Shown piece after piece: positions 24,247-39,376 of a stretch of 64,000 bases of DNA (within the stretch, counting starts at the first letter, position 1; every line of letters starts with the position of its first letter). The DNA comes from the human T2T-CHM13v2.0 reference genome, Homo sapiens. The stretch lies in assembly GCF_009914755.1 (NCBI RefSeq), contig NC_060928.1. The stretch is one strand, 5' to 3'. The position numbers and the translations under genes were made by a program. Under the pieces are notes generated by a model. That model was not told where the DNA came from, made no database searches, and was given only the letters and a program-made list of their open reading frames with translations.

Positions 24247-26009
24247 CAAAGATCTGAATAGACATTTTTCAAAAGAAGACATACAAATGGCAAACAGGGA
24301 TATGAAAAAGTGCTCAGCATTGCTGATCATCAGAGAAATGTGAATCAAAATAACAATGAAGTATCATCTCATTCAAGTTAAAATGGCTTTTATCTGAAAG
24401 ACAAGCAAGAAACATTGATGGTGAAGATGTGGTGAAAAGGGAACCCTCATACACTGTTGGTGGGAATGTAAATCAGTACAACCACTATGGAAAACAGTTT
24501 GGAGGTTCCTCAAAACACTAAAAATAAAGCTACCGCATGATCCGGCAATCCCACTGCTGGATATATACCCAAAAGAAAGGAAATCGGTCTATCAAAGAGA
24601 TTTCTGCACTCTCACATTTGCTGCAGCACTGTTCACAATACCCAAGATTTGGAAGCAACATTAAGTATCCATCAAGAGATGAATGGATAAAGAAAATGTG
24701 GTTCATGTATATAATGGAGTACTATTTAGCTATAAAATAAATGAGATCCTGTCATTTGTAGTAACATGAATGGAACTGGAGGTCATTATGTTAAATGAAA
24801 TAAGCCAGGCACAGAAAGGCAAACTTCACATGTTCTCACTTATTTGTGAGTGCTAAAAATGAAAACAATTGAACTCATGGAGATGGAGATCAGAATGATA
24901 GTTACCAGAGGCTGAACAGGGTAGTGGAGCAGGGAAAGGGTGGTAAGTAGGGATGGTTAATGGGTACAAAAATTAGAAACAATGAATAAATCTAGTATTT
25001 GCTAGCACAACAGGGTGACTATTGTCGAAAGTAATTTAATTGTACATTTTAAAATAACTAAGAGTATAATTGGATTGTTTGTAACGCAAAAGGATAAATG
25101 CTTGAGGGGATGGATAGCCTATTTACTCGACGTGATTATTACACATTGCATGCCTGTATCAAAGTATCTCATGTACCCCATCAATATAGACACCTACTAT
25201 GTACCCACAAAAATTAAAAATTAAAAAATTTAAATATTCATTTCAGAATCCCCAACTGCTTGTATAAATGTTTGTTCTTCAAATTTCCCTTTGAACCAGT
25301 CTGGTCATAACATCTTACTGGTTCCTTCATTCATTAATGAGTTGAGTAAAATCTTTGACTTGTGTTCAGTGTATATTTGCATGAAAGTCTTGTTTGTAAT
25401 TCCTTGAAAATAATAATTTAGAAGCCTTAATGGGGCTTATAATCTCTAGGGATGCAAATAGCAAATTGTAAACATTTTGCATTTAATTTGTAGTTAAAAT
25501 TTGAACAAACACTGGAAAGGTGAAATGCACGGCTACCTCTAAACCTTTCAAGAGACTCTCTTATTGATCTGGGATTATAATAGCCCTTTAGCTGGGACAC
25601 AGGTGCTGCCAGCTTCACACCAAAGATTCCTATCGAGTGTTCTTCTGATCTCCCAACAGCAATACCATTTAGAGCAAGCTTTGACTCAAGGCTCCAAGGA
25701 ACTGCTAGAGACAAAGGGAAATATTAAAAGAGCTAGATTCTAATAAATTCCTTTTGACCGCTGAGAACACAGAATGATTTGTTGCTTTTTCATTAACAGG
25801 GACGAAGTTCTTGAAGATCAAGGAAAGTGGGAAGTAAGTTCAAATGTTGACAAAATATCCATCCTCAGAATTTAAATAGAACTCCCCTGCCCATGAAGAT
25901 CAAGACCAGGGAGCATTAAGGCAGGGAGCATAAGGCTGGATGGAGTATATTTGCAGAAGCTGTGCTTGGAGAGTGAATAAAATAGTGAGACTGCCTAATG
26001 CTTTCCAAC

Positions 26010-26090
26010 CTGGGTTTAATAGCATCCCTAGATTCAACCCCATGAGTGGCAACATCTCTCACTCCCGACTGTGACAACCAAATATGTTCA
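26010..26090. mobile_element. MER20-like hAT fragment
   Basis: agcatccctag...ctgtgacaaccaaatatgt. Confidence 0.55.
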
Positions 26091-27589
26091 AAACCTAGGG
26101 TTTCATTTTTTTTAAAGTCACAGGTGAAATGATCGAGTTCAGGCAGAATATTATCAGATATATTAAGCAAGGGGTCCCTGGCGGCTGTTCTGGCAAATGC
26201 TAAGGACTGTGGTCATGAGCTGAAGCAGACTTCCCTGTGCATCCAACCTACTTGACCCAGTTATGGTACCTACCTGGCCCTGTGGGCAGGTGAGTTTCTT
26301 CTGGTTACAGGATTTTTGCAGTTGATAGATACTTGTTTTCTCCTGTAATCTTCAAAACAAGCCAACTGGGTAGATATTATTAGCTCATCGGGCGGATGGA
26401 AGAGTTGAGGTACAGAGAATACGTGATTTGCCCAGAGTCACGGAAGGGGCAGACCAGTGCTCAAAGCTCTCAGAATCCTCATCGGGACCCTTCCTACTAC
26501 AACACAGAAGAGAAGGTTTGTACTGCCCAAGAAGGTTTGTACTGTACAGAGAGAAAGAAAAGGCTTTTGTGGGAAACTTGGACTTCACTATGGTGGGTAA
26601 TTAAGCTTCTAATCATACAGACCTCTTAGTTGTACACCCTGACAGCCAAGACAGCAAGAGTAAGAAGTGCATAAGGACGACGCTGGGGAGTTCTCACATT
26701 TATGCCGTATCACCCCCAGTGACAGTTTGCCCCAGAACAATTACAAAGTGAACTGTTTCAGGGATTGTACTCGCCTCCTTGTATTCCTCACTTGGACGTT
26801 TGCAGCACACGGGGCTGGATGCTTGTTACGAATGTAGCCCAGCACTTGCCAAAACTCCAAATTTTACTCATAAGTTTGATTGAGCATAGAAGCACTTAGA
26901 AAGAAGAATAGAAGGACTATTAATAAAATATCCTATGGACTGAATGAGAAATTGCTTAGCAGATGATAGCCTTCAATAAATCCCAGAGGAAAGCAGAGGC
27001 AATAAAGTGAAATTATAAGCTCTTTAAGCAGACAAATAAATGTAGCAACAGCAAAAGTTGTCTAAAAGATAAATGAAATATATCCACGGGGCAGTTTTTT
27101 GTCCTTGTTGCTGTCATTTGTCGACTATCTACCATTTCTCAGGCATGGAGTGAAGTAGTTTCCATACATTCTGTTATTTAATTAAACCCTCATAGGGTGC
27201 TGTTTTTATCCCCATTTTCCAGAGAAAGAAATTGAAGTTTGCAGAGCCAGGCTCTACACTGTTATTTCTATAGTAAGAGGAGCAGTAGAGCAGTTACCCT
27301 TTGTCCGGGAAACCATTGCTCTAATCACCTTACACACATATTTCATTTAATGTTTAAGATAATCCTAGGAAGTAGGTATTATCCAGCAAACCAAATAGAA
27401 GCACACTGAGTAACTGTTATGCACCAGGATGGTGCGAGGTGGTGGGAATACACCAGTAAACAGTCCCTGCCCTCACAGAACTCACAGTTTAGAAAGAAAA
27501 GTAGGCATTAACAAACACTTTCAGATGCGGTGAGTGTTACATACGCGGGCATATCCATAGATGTTATGAAACTATATAAAATGATGTCT

Positions 27590-28018
27590 GTATTCGTTTC
27601 CTGGGGCTGCCATAACAAAGTACCACAGACTGGGGGGGTTTAAACAACAGAAATGTATTGTCTCACAGTCTGGAGGCCAAAATCAAAGTGTTAGCAGTGC
27701 TGGCTCCTCCTCAAAGTGGTGAGGGAGAATCTGCTCCAGGATTCTCTCCTAGCTTTTCGTAGCCCCAGATATTCCTTGGTTTTTAGATGGAATTCTCCCT
27801 ATGTCTGGCCATCGTCTTCCTTGTGTACACGTCTGTCTCTGTATCCATGTTTCCCTCTTTATAAAAGCACACCAGTCAGAATAGATTAGGGTCCACCCTC
27901 ATGACCTCATCTTAACTTGCTCATCTGCAATGACCCTATTTCCAAATAAAGTCACATTCACAGGTACTGGCATTGGGACTCTAATATCTTTTAGGGATAC
28001 ATAATTCAACCAGTAACA
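27590..28018 (-). mobile_element. MLT1 (MaLR) LTR
   Basis: tgtattcgtttcctggggctgccataacaaagtaccacagactggg ... ccctatttccaaataaagtcacattc ... aattcaaccagtaaca. Confidence 0.88.
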
Positions 28019-29473
28019 GTGTCATTATTATAGATGGAGTAATTGATGCTCGGAGAAATTGACCTGTCTAAGGTCATCCAGCTGACAAGTGGTAGAAGTG
28101 CAATTCTGACTTGGATCTGACCAGTCCTGGAGGCCAAACCTTTAACAACTATGCTAAACCAGCTATCAAGGAGACAAGTCTTAAAGTGCTTCAGAAATTC
28201 TTGCTCAGTGATTACCTCTGTGGACACAAAATCATTCATTCTTTTATTCATCCAACAGTTATTGAGCATCTACAGTGTGCCCATGCCAGGCTTGGTGCTA
28301 GCATTTGGGATCTATCCATGAAAAAAACAATAATCCCTGACCTCAACATTTACACACAGTCGCTAGAAGTTGATAAGTGCTCTAAAAATAGAGAAGAAAA
28401 GAATGAAGGAGAGAGCTTTGGAAGCATTACAGCAGGGCTCACTGAGAAAGGATTTTGGGTTGAGTCCTGCACGGGGTGAGGAGTGAGCCAGGTGGTGAGG
28501 ACAGAAGACAACCAAAGCCAGGCCCTAAGGCAGGAGCAGGCCTGGCCTGTTCAAAGAGCTCCCAAGAGGCCAGATGAAGTAACTGAGTGTGGATAACTGG
28601 CAGAAAAGACCTGCTTGCTCAAAGTCAAAGCCAATCAATGGCTAATGTGTTTTCAAATCCCACCTCCTGCTTCCAAGATGGAAGGCCTTACCGTGAAAAT
28701 ACAGGTGGCGATGTGCAGACCTAGGGCTGGAAGTAAAGACATTTTCTCCAGGAGCTTTCAGTGAGCATTTGGTCTGTGACAGCCAGGCTCTCTCCTTGAC
28801 ACTTACGGACATAGAGGTGACTTCAACCCCAGCCCCAGAAACTTTTTGTTTGGACCTGGCTGCTTACAAACTGTAGGTACTCAATTAAACTCTATTAAAT
28901 GGCAAATAATGATAGTGGTTAGCAAAATGCAAAAGGAACAACAACAAAAGAAACCTGGATCTATCTGAATGTGACAAAGTAATGATCATAAGCCTAAGGA
29001 AACAAGGCCTTGGAAAACTGAGCTGAGGTTAGAGGATTTTAGAGATTAACTGAGTTACAAATTTGCAGAAGGTTAACATTTATATGCATGTCATTCTGCA
29101 TGTTTCAGGAGCCATTTAATACTGTCAAGAAGTACTAAAATGCATAGACCTAAAAAAAGGATTTGTTGCTTTCAGAGATACCTAATTTGAAGATGGGTTA
29201 AAAAAAAGAAAACAAAGTAAGTAAAATTAACATTGAATTCTAAGGAAAAATTCCCTGGTAAGGAGACCTAGAGATGGAAGGAATGCTAATGAACATTGTA
29301 AGGGTACACTGAAGTCAAATTTAAGTCAGTAAAATTATTAAAGCTGGGTAATAGGTATCAGGGGTCTGTTTGGTGCAGGTTTGAAAGTTCCCATCATAAA
29401 AAGGTAAAAAGAAAAGGGAAGAAAAAAGTTAATGGCTGGAATGCTGGAAAATGGAGGTGGCACCAGAGCCCCT

Positions 29474-29802
29474 TGTATTAGTCCATTTTCATACTGCTAT
29501 GAAGAAATACCTAAGACTGTGCGATTTATAAAGAAAAAGAGGTTTAGTGGACTCACAATTCCACATGGCTAGGGAGGCAAAGGTATGTCTTACATGGCAG
29601 CAGGCAAGAAAGCGTGTTCAGAACTGGCCTGCATAAAACCATCAGATCTCATGAGACTCATTCACTATCATGAGAACAGCACAGGAAAAACCCATCCCCA
29701 TGATTCAATTATCTCCCTTCGGATCCCTCTTATGACAAGAGGGAATTATGGGATCTACAATTCAAGATGAGATTTGGGTGGGGACACAGCCAAACCATAT
29801 CA
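29474..29802 (-). mobile_element. THE1 (MaLR) solo LTR
   Basis: tgtattagtccattttcatactgctat ... gagatttgggtggggacacagccaaaccatatca; 5-bp TSD cccct. Confidence 0.93.
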
Positions 29803-32800
29803 CCCCTTAACAAGCTGCAGGGAGGGTGTGCTGGAAGCAGGGTGCAAACCCAAGGGCTGGGTGAATCCAGAGTAAAGACCAGAGTCAGCAAGCAAGCAGA
29901 GTGCTGTCATTGATATGCTCAGCCATTTTCATCACATGAAGTCTTATGGAAGGAAAATGTCAAATACTCAAAGGCTTAATGAATAAAGGATGGCTTTTAT
30001 TGGCCAGGCAGCAACAGGGTCTCTGGGGTAGACCAACTTGGGTTCAAATCTGATTCTGACACATCTAACTCCATATGTCATCTTGAACTTCTTATACTTA
30101 ACCTTCTACGAGCCTCCATTTCCTCAACTGTAAAGTAGAACTAATAATGGTAGCACTGCTGGGTGGGTGTCATGAGTCTTACATGAGACAAGGCATGCAT
30201 GGCACCTGCACAGCAGAGGGTTCCAGTAAGAGTTGGTGCTCTCCTCCTGACCATTCAACCTCTGATTGTATTTAGGGCAGCACAAGGATCCTTCCTTAGA
30301 AGGATCCTTGCTCCCTGCCATCCTACAGGTCTATAACTGGTTAGATAAACCAGATAATGTAATATCATAAAGATGCTAGAGGCACGGATCATAGCGCAGC
30401 TCTGACTCCACCCCAATCCCACCCCTGAGAGAGGCAGCTCTTTGGTAAAATTGTGCAGGGAAGTACAAAAGGGCCTCAGTCTCCCCACAGCTTGTCCTCA
30501 CAATAAAACACAGTCCAAATGCATCCTAGATGGGGCCAAATACATTCCTAAAAGTGAAACCAATTTAGTATTTTCCTTCTGCCATTTAAAAAAAATACAA
30601 GTTTGTTCCTTCTCCAGAGTTCTCTATTTTAATTAATAACTTCAGTCTCCCAAGAGGAAAATTCAGCCTCATCTATGGTATTCGTCATGTGGATCCAACC
30701 ATGCAACCCCTTTTCTTGCTGGGGACCCCCCATTTGTGTAGAGTAGCAGTGGGACACAGCTACTCACTTTTCACCACAAAAACCTAACAATCGTCGTTCC
30801 ATGCACCTGTCACACACCCAAGCATGACCCTTTCAAGGCCTGGCTCGTTGGCCACTTCTGCCCGGGACTTTGTCCCTGGAGTGTGTGATGCAGGACATGA
30901 GGCCAATCAGACATCAGAGTAGCGGCAGGGGTGGTGGTGTGGGTGGTGCCAGGTGCCAGCAGTGGTGTCCTGATCAGGCTGTACCTGACCTGGAGTGCTG
31001 ATTCCGAACTGCAGCCTCCTGACAGGGCCAGGAGCCATCCAATACCCTTTGGATATATTCCTCTTCTGAGTATGATTAGCCAGAGTTGGCTGCTGGTGAT
31101 CCCTGATTGATTAACACACCACCTTCAACATTGCCCTCATCTTCCTTTTGTAATCCATCCCCTCCTCTACAGTCTCATGGTGGCAGTGCTAACTCAGCCA
31201 CTCGTGTACTGTGTGGACTCATCATACTCCATGTACTGTGTAAAGTCCCTCAAAGTCGCAGCTCATTGCTCACTCACTGGGATTAAGGGGAGGCAAGTGA
31301 TTTGCCATGCAAGTACAGGTTCAGATCCTGTCTGTATGTTAAATTCGAGGCATGTGTATCATGGAGCTTGAGGCATAAATATGGATTTTTAAAATATTGC
31401 ATTAAGTATTATTTACTATAATTAATGAGCTATTTGGGAACGCCCTTAAATTTTGTGCTGGCCCTTGAGTGACTATGCAATACTGATCAAGACCATAGCT
31501 CATCCACACGCTTTCCTTCCTTCACTAAACAAACTCTTCAGAGCATTGCTTTGCATCCAACTGTACTAGGCTGTAAGGATGCAGAGGTAATTAACACCAA
31601 GTCAGGCCTTCAAGAATGTCATTTGTCTAGTGGGGGGGAACAAATCAATGCCACTTTGAATTCTACATGCACCAATAAAGGGAGAGTACAAGATAAGCAT
31701 GCCCATAAGGCAGGAAGTCTCAGTTCAACCCCGTATGAAACCTTCCAGAAAATGTTTCCCAGGGCTATGATGCTCCAGCTAACTCATTAGAATGAAAAGT
31801 GTGTCCGATGAAGAACAAGGCTAAGAGGAGAGGTGCCCTGGGCAGAGGAGTTAGCACACACAGGCGTGTCCAGATTCAGTCAGTGGTATGGTGGGGCTGG
31901 ATCGTGTGGGCTGGGACATAATGTTGGTAAAAAATGAATAATGATAGAGGAATCTAGAGCAGTAAGTTGGAGGGGCTTGGGATGTGGAGGCGCTCACATG
32001 CCATGCTGAGGAATTGGGACCATCTGAAGGCAATGGGGAGACATTGAGGATTGTAGAGGAAGAAATGATTGACATTAGCTGTAAGAAGATTACCCCAGAA
32101 GGAGGGTTGGGGAGGAGAAAGGTGTGGGGAGAGAGGAGCCTGACAGGAGTCACCCAGGTGGGTACTCAGGGCTGGTTCATGGGCTTGGCATTTTGGAATA
32201 ATCCATTAGGTTTAACCTCTTCTTGTGCTGCTTCTTTCCCCCTAGTTGCTGGCAAGCAAAGTGCAACTATTATATGTAGCAACTGTCCACTGGCCTCAAC
32301 ACCCTGGGTCTACAAAATAAGGTCTCCTTTACACTTACATCCCAGCTAGAAAGACTCCATGCCCTGCCCTCCTCTTGCCTCAGCAGGAAATCAAGTGCCT
32401 CTTACAGCACCTATGCAGCATTTCTGGGGGTCCCCCACCACTCAGGGCCTGACATGTTCTTAGGCTCTAGCTCTGATGGTCATGGCCAACAAAGCCACCT
32501 GATGAGGCCCTTCCACTGCCCCTGCTGACCGAGCCCATCCTGAGACACCAACTTCCCTGCCACCGCTATCTCCAGATTCTTCCAGAGCCCTCAAAACTTG
32601 GAGCTCCAGGGACTGCTGCATAGATCTTGGGAGAATGGCCTTCTCCCCCAAGCGGGGCTATAATTCGGACTTCAAAATGGCTATGCACGTTCCTAGAAAT
32701 TCCTAAGAGTCCCAGGAAGTGTTTCATTAGCTTCAAGATCTTACCCCTCAGATGAGAAGGATGCTAATATTCGCATCTCCCATGGGAGTGGCGGGGCAAA

Positions 32801-33607
32801 GCCTCTGCCCCGTCTCCCCCATTGTCTTCCAGGACCCATGCCCGAGTTTTCGTCTCCATCCAACTGAGAGCTAGACTTTCCCAACAGTGTTCAGAGCATG
32901 TTTGCTTCTTGGAGCCATGGTCTCAAATGCTTCCACCTCAGAAGACCTCTAGTGTTCATTTGCATAGCTGGAGGCTCACTGGGGTGGGCAAGATTTTCAG
33001 AAAAACAATGGGACAATCTGAATATATCCAAATGTCCACTTCTTCCAGAGACATGTCAGCTTTAAGTTGCTCTCCCCACTAGGTTTCCAAGAGCCAGGCC
33101 CAGCGCGGGTGAAGACTGTGTGTTTCCCCAATGCCCTAAATGTTGTCTGCCAGAGGGAAGCTTCCATGAAGCCTGAGACAGACATGGTAGGAAGCTCAGC
33201 CCAACGTGATGGCCCCGAAAGGTCCATCTCTTGGGTGTTTCATTTTGGGCCGTTCCCCTTTCCTCTGATCCACATCACTGAAATTTTAGATTCCCATGAA
33301 ATGTAAATTCTGCAAGGGCAGGCGTCTTGATCTGTTTTGTTCACTAAAATATCCCAGGAGCCTAGAAGTGTGCCTGGCACAGAGTTGGAGCACAATAAAT
33401 ATGCATTGAATGGGTGAGTGCCTATTCTCAGTAAGCAGGTTGTGTAGTGAAAAGAATATGGGATAAGCATCTAAACCTGGATTCAAATCTGGCTCTGCTA
33501 CATGTTAGTTGAGTAGTCACTTTAAACCCATCACTTTACCTCTCTGCACCTAAGTTTCCTCATCGGAAATGGGGACTATAGCTGTATTTTAGAAAGAAGT
33601 GAGGTAT

Positions 33608-33890
33608 AGGCTGGGCTTGATGGCTCACGCCTGTAATCCTAGCACTTTGGGAGGCTGAAGAAGGCGGGTTGCTTGAGTTCAGGAGTTCAAAACCAGCCTG
33701 GGCAACATGCCAAAACCCTGACTCTACCAAAAATACAAAAATTAGCTGGGCATAGTGATGCACTCCTCAAGTCCCAGTTACTCAAAAGCCTGATGTGAGA
33801 GGATCACCTGAGCCCAGGAGGTCAAGGCTGCAGTGAGCCATGATTGTACCACTGCACTCCAGCCTGGGTGACAGAGCCAGACTCTGTTAA
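33608..33890 (+). mobile_element. AluJ inserted into a MIR
   Basis: Dimeric Alu with gagcccaggaggtcaaggctgcagtgagc; MIR halves on both sides; degenerate TSD aagtgag..ata. Confidence 0.9.
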
Positions 33891-34183
33891 GGAAGGAAGG
33901 AAGGAAGGAGGAGGAAGGAGGAAGGAGGAAGAAGGAGGAAGGAGGAAGGAGGAGGAAGGAGGAAGGAGGAGGAAGGAGGAAGGAGGGGGAAGGAGGAAGG
34001 AGGGGGAAGGAGGAAGGAGGGGGAAGGAGGAAGGAGGGGGAAGGAGGAAGGAGGAGGAAGGAGGAAGGAGGAGGAAGGAGGAAGGAGGAGGAAGGAGGAA
34101 GGAGGAGGAAGGAGGAAGGAAGGAAGGAGGGAGGGAGGGAGGGAGGGAGGAAGGAAGAAAGGAAGGGAAAGGAAAGGAGGGAA
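33889..34183 (+). repeat. Pure-purine (GGA/GGAA) expansion replacing the Alu A-tail
   Basis: About 295 nt of G/A only. Confidence 0.95.
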
Positions 34184-35049
34184 ATAAAAGTGAGACATAC
34201 ATTAACACACAAAGAAAATGAAATGTGACTGTAGTGTGAAGTATATTGTAGGTGCTAACAGATATTTCTGCCCCTCTTTCCTCCTTCCCTTTCTTCTACA
34301 AATATTATTGAACACCTTCTATGTGTGTAGGCATCAAGCCAAGTGTTCAGGACACAGCAAGACCAAGATAGTGGAGGGAAAAGTTTACTGTCTAGTTTGG
34401 GAGATGGATAAAAAAATCTGGAAACAAATAAACCAAACAAATCATTTCAAAAAGTGCTCAGAACTATCTGCCCATGTCCAGATTTTAATCGAAGTGGAAA
34501 TCTCTTTTGTTCCTGACCCATGGGCCAATGCTGGGTGCTAACTGGGGTCAGGGGCTGGAGGTTCTAGGCCTGACTCGGCCCTTGACCAGAGATACACAGA
34601 CTTGGGGAACTACCTAATACTTCCAGGCCTCAGCTTCCTCATCCAAGGGCAGAATCTCTGAGATTCTTCTCATGGTCCAGTGGTCTGTGATTCATTTTTT
34701 TTCCCCAGGGTCAGCACTATATTGGAGTAAGTTTGTGATTTGTAGGGAGCTTAATATTTTAATTTATGAAAGGACCATTAAATTCCTTGCTAATAGACAC
34801 TGTCATGCTGCTCAGCAGCTTCGTTAGCCAATCCATCCTGAGTCTTAAATTAAAGCCAGGAAACCCCAGGGTGTCACTCAGTGTTAATGTCTTGAAAGCA
34901 TTAAGAGGTTTATAGGAGCTTATATTAAGCTTCCCAGCCACCTTCCTTCTTGAGTCAGCTTCCATTCTGCTCCAGCTTTCTAGATGCCACTCAGAGCAGC
35001 CCATGTTGGCAATGACTTTGATGGTGGTGTTTCAAAGACATTTTAAGTA

Positions 35050-35386
35050 CAGTCATGTGTTGCTAAATGATGGGGATATGTTCTGAGAAATGCATTGAAG
35101 GCTATTTTGTTGTGCAAACATCACAGAGTGCACTTACTCAAACGTAGATGGTCTAGCTTACTACACACCTATGTATATGGTATAGGCTATTGTTCCTAGA
35201 CTACGAACTTGGACCGCATGTCACCGTACTGAATACTGTAGGCCACTGTAACACATGGGTAAGTATTTGTGTATCTAAACATAGAAAAGGTACGGTAAAA
35301 ATATGGTATTATAATCTTATGGGATGACCAAGGTGTGTATATGTGGTCCATTGTTGACTAAAATATTGTTATGTGGCACACGACTG
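35050..35386. mobile_element. Tigger3a (MER7-type) MITE
   Basis: TA|cagtcatgtg...cacacgactg|TA inverted termini with TA TSD. Confidence 0.88.
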
Positions 35387-35800
35387 TAACTGTGCACTGT
35401 AGAAGGCATTGCTCTGCAACAGCATGTCCTAGATGTTTTCGTGATATGACAAGTATGTTATACTCAGGGTCAGCTCTAGACAAAAATGTGGAGTATGCAT
35501 AGGAGGAAGAACATGGACTTTGGGGCCAAACAGACGTAAGTTGAAGCCTATGTCCGCAGTATCTTGTGCGATCTTGGACATGTTTTTTCATCATTCAGAA
35601 TTCCAATTTCATCATTGACAAAGTGGGAATAACAGCACCTATTTTACATGGTCATTGTAAGGATTTTATGGAAAGGACAGAGCTGGTGCTCAGTAGATTG
35701 GGGGCCTCTTAGAAGCTGCACCTCCATGTCACTCTCTGGAGTCTCTGCTCCCATCTGCTTTCCCCACTGTCCACCCTGGGTATGCAATCTCTGCCTCTTC

Positions 35801-35878
35801 CTCATTTTCCTGTGTCAGACATGAGCCTTTGAGGTATTCCTCGTTTTCCTATGTCAGACATGAGCCTTTGAGGTATTC
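35801..35878 (+). repeat. 39-bp tandem duplication
   Basis: ctcRttttcctRtgtcagacatgagcctttgaggtattc x2, two mismatches. Confidence 0.93.
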
Positions 35879-36401
35879 AGAGATTTGGGGGAACTTTTCT
35901 CTCTCCTTAGCCCCAATCCTAGCACTGGAAATGACTTAGGCTCAAGCATCGCCCCATCCTACCAGCCACCTGCACATGAGAAAAAGGAGATTCCAGGAAG
36001 TTGTGTGCATGGAGTGTTTTATATCAGAGGAGTTAAAAGCGTGTGTTCTGGAGGTATATTGGCTGTGATTTATGGTCTATGTCCCCTTGATGAGTTATCT
36101 GACTTCTCTGTATTTCCGTGCCATCATCTGCATATTATGGCTAGCACCTAATACAGCATAACACTGTGAGGATCAAATGAGTTAATACACACAGAGCTTT
36201 GCCCAGCAACTAACATGTATTATTTCCAACAAGTATTTATTGAGTGTCTGCCCCATGATGGCTGGTGTCTTTTCTACTGTCACCGTGTCAGTCAGTGGGG
36301 AACAAGTGATTAAATCCCAGGTCTCTGACTCAAAACTGACCCTCTTCCCAGAGTATGCACATTTCCTCTTTCTTCCCTCCCCATCTTTCAAGCAGGAAAA
36401 T

Positions 36402-36632
36402 GGGGAAGAAGGAAGGAAGGAAGGAAGGAAGGAAGGGAGGGAGGGAGGGAGGGAGGGAGGGAGGGAGGGAGGGAGGGGAGGGGAGGGTGGAGGGGAGGGT
36501 GGAGGAAAGGGGAGGAGGGAGGGGAGGAGGGAGGGGAGGGAGGGAAGAAGGGAGGGGAGGGAGGGAAGAAGGGAGGGGAGGGAGGGAAGAAGGGAGGGGA
36601 GGGAGGGAGGGAGGGAGGGAGGGAGGAAAGGA
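36402..36632 (+). repeat. (GGAA)/(GGGA)n purine-rich low-complexity repeat
   Basis: Read directly. Confidence 0.95.
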
Positions 36633-37144
36633 ACAGGTATAGGATTTAAACCTGCCCAGCATGCTCTCCCTCCTCCTCTGGGTTCAACTGAGCCTGAGCT
36701 CACTTCCATTGAGTGGAAGACAATGGATTCTATGGGGGTTTCTACATTTGATGTTCATGTCTACCTTTATCACATAGTGTGTGTAGACTCACACTCTCCC
36801 CTCAACCACAGATTCTTCATTCAGAATGGTCCAGTTCCAGTTACTGCACAGCTGATAGAGACAGTGAGGCTGGGAGGAAACAGGACAGATTTCACATCCA
36901 GGGCAGAACAAATGATTTCCTCCCTCTCATTCATTTGCCCGTTCTTTCATTTAAGAAATACTGACTGACTCTGTGTCATATACTGTGTAGTATTTCATCT
37001 AACCCTCATGAACCACACAATGATGGAGGCATCGTCCCATTTGCCAGATGAGAAAGCTGAGGTTCTAGAGGTAAGGAAATGGCAGAATGAGAATAAGTCT
37101 GTCTCCCTTGGTCTAGCACTGGATCATTATTGATCAAGCACTGA

Positions 37145-37579
<435 letters not shown>

Positions 37580-39376
37580 TAGTGATAAGAAGGTGGGGTT
37601 AGTCGATCAGTTACCCCTATCTGAGGGTGCCAACTCCCTGCCACGCACTACTCTTGGGGCGGGTCATCACTCATGTGGTGTTCTTGGAGCACCTTTTGCT
37701 CCAGTGTAGGCACCACAGTTTTCTGTGCAGAAGCAACATTGCCCTGATGCACTCTTGTGTTTCAGAAGGAAAAATACCAGCCAGGGATGCAGAGGGCTGG
37801 GTCTGGTTCCACCTCTACCACCTACCAGATGTGTGACTTCAGATAAGCTGATTAACCTCTCTGAGCTTCTGCCTCTCCTTTCAGGAGTTCTGAGAGTGTC
37901 CTCATCTCTGCTTGTGCTCCTTTTGAGTGTTCCTTAATTTGCACTTGGTCAAAGTTTGTCAGGGCAGAGCTATTTACAGTTGTCCAGGAAGCAGAACTTT
38001 CCGTGAAAGTTCTGGAGACTTCCATTCATCCCTCAAAATAATTCGCGTAAATAAATATCAGGCTCAGATGCAAAGTTTCTTTTTATAATAGAGAGGAGAC
38101 ATTTGAGAAGGAACTGTTGCTGTGCTGAAATAGCCACTACAGTCATGTTTTTGCCTCCTCTTTGACCTTTCTGTTCTGGGAAGCTCCTTTGGAAAGGAGT
38201 CCCTTAGAAATGTATTTCCAAAACTTATTTGGTGATAAGATTCACCTGGGACCCTTGAATAAACAAACAAATAAACAGAATGAGAATCCCAGGTTCATCT
38301 TCTGGAGCTGTGATTCTGCAGGTTCAGGTGAGTATTCTTACAAGTGTCCCCAGGCCTGGGTAATTCTTGTGGTCAGATGGACTGGGGGAGCCTTTGCAGA
38401 TCCTGGAGCCCTGGAAATGAACTCAGCGTCCAACCCTGTCATTTAATAGTTGGGAAAACCGAGAACCAGAAAAACTGAATGTCTTACTCACCAGCTGTCA
38501 CCAGCTGAGGCTAAACTGAGCCTTGAGTTAAGGTCCAGGGGCCAGGAAGAAGTTGGAAGCAGGAGTTTGATCCTTGATCTGCCCGCTTAGTAGCTGTGTG
38601 ATGTTGGCAAGTATTCTGTTCACCTCACAAAGTATTCCTTGTCAAGGGTCCAGATATTCCGGACGGTCGTGGTGCCATCAGGTTTTTGGGATTGTGCACT
38701 TGGCTTAAGTGCTGACGGGTGAACAAGAGAGAAGTTGACCTGGCCTTGGTGACTGGAGCCCAAAGAAAGAGACCAAAAAGAGCAGGTACTCCCAAAAGTG
38801 AGCAGTATGACCAAAGTAGAGGGGGGAACCCTAGGCTGTACGAAGCCCTACCCAGGCTGGTCTGCGAGAGGCAGGAGTGGCTTCCCTGAGAAACAGAAGG
38901 TTGAAGATGGTTAAGGTGACCAGGTCTTAGCCAGATAAAGAAGTGGAGGAGAACATCGCAGGCATCAGGGAAATGCACACGGGCCAGGTAAGTACCAGAA
39001 ACACGGTCTCGGGTGGAATCACCAAGTAAGAGAGAGAGAGAACAGAAGGCAACTCCATGGTAGCAAGGTAATGCAGAGGGAGGCTGGTGCAGAACGTGCA
39101 GGATCTCGTGGCTGCCCGTGTATATGTTCCATTTAAAGGCAGAGCGAAGTCACCCGAGGATCCAGGAGAGGGTCATGGTGCCATCAGATTTTGGAGGCAC
39201 ATTTGTGAGCTGAGAATCATCATCTGAATATGGCGGGGGGTGGGGAGTTCCTGATTTGCCTCCTGCTTTCTGACCCCTCTGTGGTCTAATTCTCCACCCA
39301 GTGTCCCTAGCAATGCTTTCATAATGGAAGCCAAATCCTGTCACGTCTTTGCTCAACTGCCCTGACGGTTCCCATC

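Noticed and set aside
33778-36968. Low-complexity ORFs (PPSS/EGGR repeats, up to 242 aa)
   Set aside because: Translations of purine tracts and Alu sequence
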